A stretch of DNA of 55,900 nt, the filler included, from Sphacelaria rigidula (taxonomy: Eukaryota): the NCBI GenBank assembly GCA_964200075.2. It is 6 parts of 6 records of this genome, joined end to end, with 100 filler letters (N's around TTAATTAATTAA, not from the genome) between each part and the next. Parts side by side here need not be neighbours in the genome. Positions count along the whole stretch, not along the records: positions 46,669 to 55,900 come from CAXNAA020008974.1; 5 more parts are not named here. One strand, 5' to 3'. Below the pieces are notes generated by a model. The model had not been told where the DNA came from and ran no database searches. It saw only the letters and a program-made list of their open reading frames with translations. The translations under genes were made by a program, and so were the position numbers. Each line of letters begins with the position of its first letter. Position 1 is the stretch's first letter. Shown piece after piece: positions 48,801-55,900 of this stretch.

Positions 48801-50199
48801 TACTAGCCCAAGTCTATCGTAAGTACTAAACGCTAGCGTGTCGATATACTTCGAGCACATGCTGATTCAAGCAGCACAACCGCTCAATCAGAAAGCAGAA
48901 GGCAGTTCGTACAACACCAGTTCTTGACATGGAAGCGATCGAACAGAGGTATGTAGATATCTTCATTGTCTCGTTGAATATCACCAGCATAAGAGACGAA
49001 AAACATACACTGATCTCAGAGGGGCGAGAGGTACCGACGTACACCTTCATCAGCTCCTCCGTGAGCTATGACAAATGTCCCTTATTTCTTCCAACCGAGA
49101 ACGCATAGCACACCTTGAGACAACTCTACGTTTGTTCCCTGTCACTTTGAGAAGGAAAATGAGAAAAACATCGTCTACAGATCAGTCCGTACCGTCGGGT
49201 GTTCCGCCGCACTTTCTACCAATAATCTCGGGACAGTACTGGATCTCACGCTCTTGCGTCTCACGCTGTTTCCCACGAGTCAAATTGCCACATGATCAAC
49301 AAGGGGGGGGGCGTCGCGGCATCACTCTGAACACGTTTGCATCTCGGTTGCAGCTTGAGACGATCTGAAACGCACAGACGATCATGCAAGCTTTCTACGC
49401 CACCTGTCGACAGATTGCGCCAATGGTTTCGATTTCGGAGGTCTGTTTGTTGCCGAAGTCCAGTGAAATCGAAAGCAATCTAAATAGTTGCCGCTTACAG
49501 ATGGGGCCCAACCACGGCATGGAATTTACCTTCGATTTTCGATTGCCTAAATACTTTTTAAAAACATTTTTTAGTCGCCAGTAGAACGGGCCCATACGGA
49601 CGATCTGCTCATCGACTATACCTGCTATTTAATCGACGCTTTGAAATCACATGCTTTCTGCTCGGAGGTTATTTCCACTGACTCTCCCGCCGCGGGTTTC
49701 TTCAGGGTGGTTTTTGTAGACGTGCATGAACGCTAGAACAACATGGGGCGCTTTGCACGAGTGTTGCATAACAGGTTTAGCCAATAAGTGCACAATAGCT
49801 TTTTAACGTCGTTGATGGAAGGTGCTTGGCAGATGAAGATGCACGTTTTTCTGTGTCCGTACCCCATTCTGTGCGCGGACATCTTCGTATATCATAGCAA
49901 TCATCTACAGCCGGTGCAATCACCTCCACTATTTTCCTGTACCGAGGCAATGTACTGCTGGCCGTAGCTCAAGCGCTAACACCTACGACGCGCGTCATTT
50001 CCGTGGCAACGTCTTTTTGATGGAGGCGTTTTTTTTTCCATCGTACAAAACAAGGTATTCTAAGCCCCCCCAAATCCAAATCCTATCCAGTGTGTGCCAA
50101 ACAAGGGATCTTGGCGTCGAAGCTCTCACAGAGTCGTGGGCTCTGTAATATTTTACGTGAGCTTCATATGACCGGCTGTACTGGTTTTAGGTGTTGTTG

Positions 50200-53100
50200 A
50201 ATAGGTGTCGTGCACTACTGCCGGCAGCTGTGTTGTTTTTGCTATAACGTGCGTGGTCGTTTACAAGTTGCATTCAGCGGGTGCACACAGCTTTCGCAAC
50301 ACATGTCGTGGGTGCAGGGCAAGATGGGCTTGGATCGTCGAGATACGTTCACATGGGTGTGTTGTGCTGATCCAGTGGATGCAAGCGAATGCAACAAGTT
50401 GCCGCAAGGTGATACATGCCAGGACGGTAGGGACACGCACTCGCAAACACACGGTTCGAAGTTCCGTGTAGCTGTCACGTCAGTTTATTTTGTACTATCT
50501 CGTGACTTTTAGTATATCGTGTTCTCTCCTGTCCTTCATGAGCGAGGAAGAAGCTGATCAATCGCACAACCATCCAGTATACTGCGCGTATGGCATGTGC
50601 AACGGGGCGCCGCGAATCACGGTGCACTGAGAATACATGCGTTTATCAAAACGTGGCGTTGCCATAAAAAAAAATTGGGTTCCGACCCGCGGTCGGCCGT
50701 ACCACCGATTTTCTTCGTGCAATGTTAATCTCATTTCATACACGGCGCAGCAAATACGGGTGTTCAAGACGAAGAGCCATTGATGTGACAGCGCACGGAC
50801 CACGTGAAAGGTCGCTCTTGTTGGGGCCCACCTATTGGCCAGCCCTGATAAATAGCACAACGGTGCTCTCCTTCGACCCATTAGACCACAGTCACGCAAT
50901 AGATGACTTCAGGCTATAGGGCCCGCGGTTCGTTGCAACTCGAGTGTGCGCCGTGGCTGATATTCTTCATGAGGCCTTCCAGAGTTCTGCGCCAAACCTC
51001 TTGTAGCATGTCGTCCTCAAAGCGAAAGTCAGAGATTGCCTCTCCAATCCTAGCCAGCGCGGACTTGGTGTCGTTCTAGTGTTAAGTATTCTGGCTCGGT
51101 ATTGTCATGCTTTCACCTTACGAGTTGTAGTCACCCGCCCTTCCCAGGCACACGGGGTACACTAGGAGGCAATAAGAAGTGAATCCGCAAGATATCGCTC
51201 AAGATCAGCTTACGAAATTGGTAAGCTGTAGTATCCTGCTCCCATGCTGTCGTGTGCAAGGGGTACTCAATGGCGTTTATACAAGAGGCGTACATGCTTT
51301 CAACGCCTTCCACACTGCCCGATGATATCGCTACCAAAAACGTGATATCACGGGAAGGACTGAGAGTCGAGTACACTTGCCCTGCGCACCAACCGCGGTG
51401 CTCCGAATGCCAACATCAGTTCTCCACCTGTGTACCCGAACCATCGTGCCCGCCGCTTGCTCGCAATCAAAGCTTTCAGCAGTGCCCGGTGAGAGCACCA
51501 ACTCAGCCGTGGATAATTCCTCCACCAGGGTAGACGACCCAGATGTTGACAACAGACAACTGTCAAGCAACCTCTCTAACTACCAGGGAAATGAGCCATT
51601 GGAGCCAATCGGTGATGACGGACAGCCGACAGTTGAAAACAAAGCTACCCTCGAACAGTTTCAAGATCCATCAGCGGTTACCGGAAGTATTCAGCAGCCT
51701 GGAGCAACCACGCGAGCGCATTACGGGGATTCTGGTGAATTCAGTGAAGGCCGAGAGAGTAGAAACGAAGTGCGACACAGCGCTGGTAGTGACACTGACG
51801 GAGAGCCTACCCAGGAAAGCGTTGCTCCTTCCCCTGCTGTTCCTAGGCTCAAGCTTGTCGGACAAGTCCTCGGAGAACCGTTCGGGAACAAGAGGTATAG
51901 TCTGAGGTGGGCCGATGGCAAAAAGGGAAAGCAACTCATGCGCGCCGTGGAAATGGAGATACAGACCTGGCTCTGTGCCCAAGAAGGGAAGGTAAACAAG
52001 CCAAACACATTGAGTGCCATTGCGCGTTGCGTGCAACCATTTTCACTCAATATTGGCACGCTCCGAAGATATGGCGGAGTACCACGAGTGACTGCTTCAT
52101 CGTGGAGCTTGCTGTGGCCAGAAAAATACCTTACCCTCTATCTACGACGTGGGCGACGTTCATCACCATCGTACGCACCTTCTTCCGCTGCTTCTGTTGC
52201 ATGCTCAGGGCGTGAACGTTTGTGAAGAGCTTTTGGCAATCAGTAACTTCTTGGGAGCTAACTCCGTTAGCCTTGGTCCCCTGGCAAGGCAGCTTTGTCT
52301 ACCGGATTCGGTTGCGTGCGCTCTTGGGCTACGACTCTGGAAAGGCAAATGGGATGCGTTGCTGGGGAAAATTGAGGCGGCGAGGTGTGTAGTGTTCAGT
52401 ATGCTGGCCAATCCGGTGATTATTTCGACCAGGACACACCTGGTGTTCCGATCGCGTCCCCCGCTTGCCGACGGTCCTTCAATTTTGTGATATTCAAACA
52501 TCGCCGGCTCATGTGATGAATGCCCGCTCCCAGGGACTTCCTGGATTTGAAAGCTGAGGCGGCGTGCTCTGACGCTCTAGCTGCATTCGGAGGCGAGACT
52601 TGCAGTCCAGAATCATCACACCACATTCCCTTGGATGTGTTTGCGTGCCTTGCGGAATGTGAAGCCGCCGCTGTTGACTTGGTGGAGCTCGAGCTGAGAC
52701 AGGCGGTAAAAATTCGCAATGCCAGTCTAGGACCGAATTAAATGGACGCTTCTCACCACTTCGCAAGTCTCCTGTTTCGTGAATATGTGGTTGCGGTGTA
52801 TTCGTTCGTTCATCCCACACCTGCTGATGTGCAAGCATGTACAGCACGGTCTAAGATGAAAAATCAAACTGTCAAAGGTTGAAAGCGTGCGTCAGCTTTG
52901 CTCCGGTGAAACTCTTCTGTCGCGACCTAGAAAGGCGAATTCGAAAGATTCGATGGTTGAAATTTTTCCGGCGCACCATCATACTGCTCTATTCATCATG
53001 GGTGGAACCACCTCCACATTGCCGCAACTCCAACCCAACATACACTGCCCTAAATGTTTTATTATGGTGTTGCCGGCTCCCGTTCACGTGTGATCCGTCC

Positions 53101-55750
53101 ATCGTCCTCGGCGAATCCGAAGATGCGTGCTGAGGCGAGTCGAGTAGCTCCTTCTTCGTGTGTCTCATCGACGTCTTCTCTCTTCAGTCGACTGGACCCC
53201 TTTGACTCCGGTGTAGTGGCAGCTCGCACATTTGAAGACTTTTGCGTCGGTCTCCTAGAAGTAACGGACATCCCTCCGACAACAGTGTGTCGAGATTCTA
53301 TCTGTGCACGAGATCGAGGTGTTAACTTACGTCAGACGAGGGGTCCTACCAAATCTTCGACTGGTGTCCACGTTTCTGGTGCAGAAGCGGCGCCACAGCT
53401 AAAACCGCCCGTTCAAGCCGATGCAGTTCGCCTCAGACGGATCAACGCAGTCATCACTCGCATCTTGGTTGCGACTTCGCCATCATCTCGCCGTACGGTG
53501 CGGCGAACCACGAACTATCATGTGCAGAACCGCTCTCACTCCACTCACTGCGATGACCTCTCCAAGAACATGTCGTCATCGAGCCAACCAGTACCCAGTA
53601 CTAGACTGGAGCGTACAAACGGTAGCAACGATCGCGTGCACGTGTCAGTACTTCCCGAAACAGTTCCCTCTAATTCAAGTAAAATTAGTCATATCCAAAA
53701 TGGAGAAGAGATAAGCCTAGACACGTTTGGTTGTTTCGTGGAAGGCAAGAGGTTCGGATCGTGTCTTAACCTCGAAGGATTTCTCAGAGCCTTGACCTGT
53801 GCCGGACGGACTGTCGCCTGGGACGAGACAGACGACGCCCATTCAGGGCAGGTGGTGAGAACTGCACGAGACGGGCTTGCCGTCCACACGACGAGCGATT
53901 CGGGGCGCCCTAGAACAGCGTCAGCAATCGCTATGGTACCCCAGCCGGATACTCCAAGCGAGAATGCCTTAGCGGCGAATGCACGTTGGGGTGGGCGGGA
54001 GGTCCGACGTCTGTCCGCACAGTTCACACGGACGACATCGTCAACAGGAGCGGTAGCACAAGCGAAGTGGCCATCATCCGGGCGATTACCGGACGGACAC
54101 ACCGGCAGAGCGATCGATCATGGGCCCACCCCCAGACATAGCACACCGCGAAGCGGAAGCGCAACATCGAGGCATATCGGCAACAACAACAGCGCCCGTA
54201 GCTCCGCGGCGGGCACGGCGTATACGGCGTCGTCGACAAGGACATCAAGAGCCGGACTACCCGGTGGTCTAGGGCTCGTGGTCACCGAGTTGTCGGCTTG
54301 GGATCTTGACGATTGTGGAGCTCTTTCAGCCAGAGGTTTGATGTCCGCAACGGGTCAGGGCCTAGGTATCCCCCTGCGGAGGTCGTGGGCAGAGGCTCTC
54401 GTAGAGAGATTCCAGGCAACCGGAGTGGCATCAGGGGCAGTGGAGGCCAGACCGCGATGGTGTGGTGGGGTTGATGGAAGGAGTGCGAGCGGGAAACTGG
54501 ATATAGGTGTATTCACGGACTTTCTACGGCTAAAAAACTTCTACCTCAGCGTCATGACGCCCTTCGGTAAGCACGAACGTTCACTCAGTCTGTGACAGTC
54601 TCAACGTAATTTCTACACGCCATCGACGTGCCCGCCATCAACGTGCTTCAAGGTATATTCATGCATCGGACGTTCAAAGTACCTCGCTGCGGCTTGGAAT
54701 CGGTCCACCTCTGTGGAAGAATACCAAGAGTGAGGTTCTAACGCGCGCACGTCTTCTCTTTGCGTTGTGGTCATGAAATCCATCTGCGCCAGGACTGATG
54801 GAGTTGGCCGTACAAGACCCGCTGATCACACTTGGAGGACTGCGTGAACTGCTAGCGAAGAAGATGTTTTGGCGGCAGCATAATTGCAACGTGAGCCACG
54901 AAGGTAGCAACAAAGGCACACAATTCCGAGTGCCGTCGGCTGCGTTCTGGGTTGATGGAAAGCTGCGCGCCATAGCTAAGAGCGGAGCACACAGTCGTAC
55001 AATTCGCATCGTGTTCCCCACTTTGACGTCGCAGGACGAACGATCATCTTTACCTCACTCGACGAACAGTTATCGCCGCCATATGCAATCACATATCGTG
55101 TTGCCTTTGCCTCAAAACCGCCGTCCCTTTTTGTTTGAGATGCAAATGCGCACCGGGTCATTTCAAGAACATGGTCGACGACAATTGAACATTTTTTGTA
55201 ATATACCGCCATTCTCTGCACCTACAAAACGCGGCGTCCTATTTTTGTTACTTCCCAACTGCACCAAAATCCTCGCTAAACCTGCTGGTGTCGGCAGGTG
55301 CGGCGCCCAGACAGAAACAATTTTACTGTTTCACGTCATTACGGCTCCTTGCCTTTGGACACTGAGTCACCTGATCAACGCCGGAAGCTGGTGGCAGACG
55401 TGCTGAGGTATGACACTGACAGGGGACGTACCATGAACCACATGATCTGCTTGGCCAGTTCACCAATGCGCGGGGACTGTGGTAGTCAGCATCAGAAGTT
55501 TTCAGAATTCGTAGTTGTTGTAGTTCTTGAGTTTTTCTCGACTATTATTCTTCATTACTACTTGAAAGTGCCAGCGCCGATAGATTTGGGGGAAAGCGTA
55601 GGCCGCGCTCAAACTGCAGTGCCCAAGTTGGTGTTTTTGAGGCGATACGGACTAGATACCCCGTTTATCAGAAGGGTGTTATTGACAGCTTTTGATCCAA
55701 TACAAGCAGTTTCCCGGCTCTTCCGCAACGAAACGGTAAATATTCAGGTA
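50200..55750 (+). CDS. Large multi-exon gene of unknown function, possibly partly pseudogenised
   Basis: Phase-compatible exon pairs ~52210-52384 / 52534-52704 (IEAAR|DFLDL) and ...54566 / 54793... (TPFG|LMELAV). Long open frames at 51377-52225 and 53054-54595. An in-frame TAG near 51003 lies in an exon-like stretch. Confidence 0.5.
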
Positions 55751-55900
55751 AATGAATAGGTATACAATTCTTTGAAATGACGATCGAGATCGTGTTTCCC
55801 TCGTATATTGCACAGACCTCAGTCCAGTATTTTCTGCGGATGGCCTCTTTCAGTTTTTTTTTTTTTCACAACATTTTCCATGAGCACTCGAAAGTGCTGG

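Overview
This is eukaryotic, repeat-rich DNA, and it is not one locus. Six unrelated contigs of almost equal length (9234, 9234, 9234, 9233, 9233, 9232 bp) are joined by 100-bp N44-TTAATTAATTAA-N44 linkers. Long GT-AG introns, short exons, TTAGGG-type motifs and the repeat style suggest a brown alga or other stramenopile (inference). Contig 1 holds a decayed Ty3/Gypsy pol (RT, RNase H, Pro-rich insert, integrase) whose C-terminus carries a chromodomain-like module followed by a PWWP/Tudor-like module. It also has a candidate LTR, a headless SINE and a hAT dimerisation fragment. Contig 2 has a terminal exon resembling cellulose synthase (GT2) and an array of palindromes. Contig 3 has one exon of an MDAR-like flavoprotein and many MITEs. 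Contig 4 has a ~1.8-1.9 kb degenerate tandem macro-repeat and tRNA-derived SINEs. Contig 5 has four cleanly spliceable exons of an EEF1AKMT1/Efm5-family methyltransferase, with nested MITEs in the introns and fold-back hairpins upstream. Contig 6 has a decayed Ty1/Copia element and a large multi-exon gene of unknown function. No prokaryotic operon, CRISPR array or rRNA was seen. All family calls come from reading motifs by eye, not from database searches.
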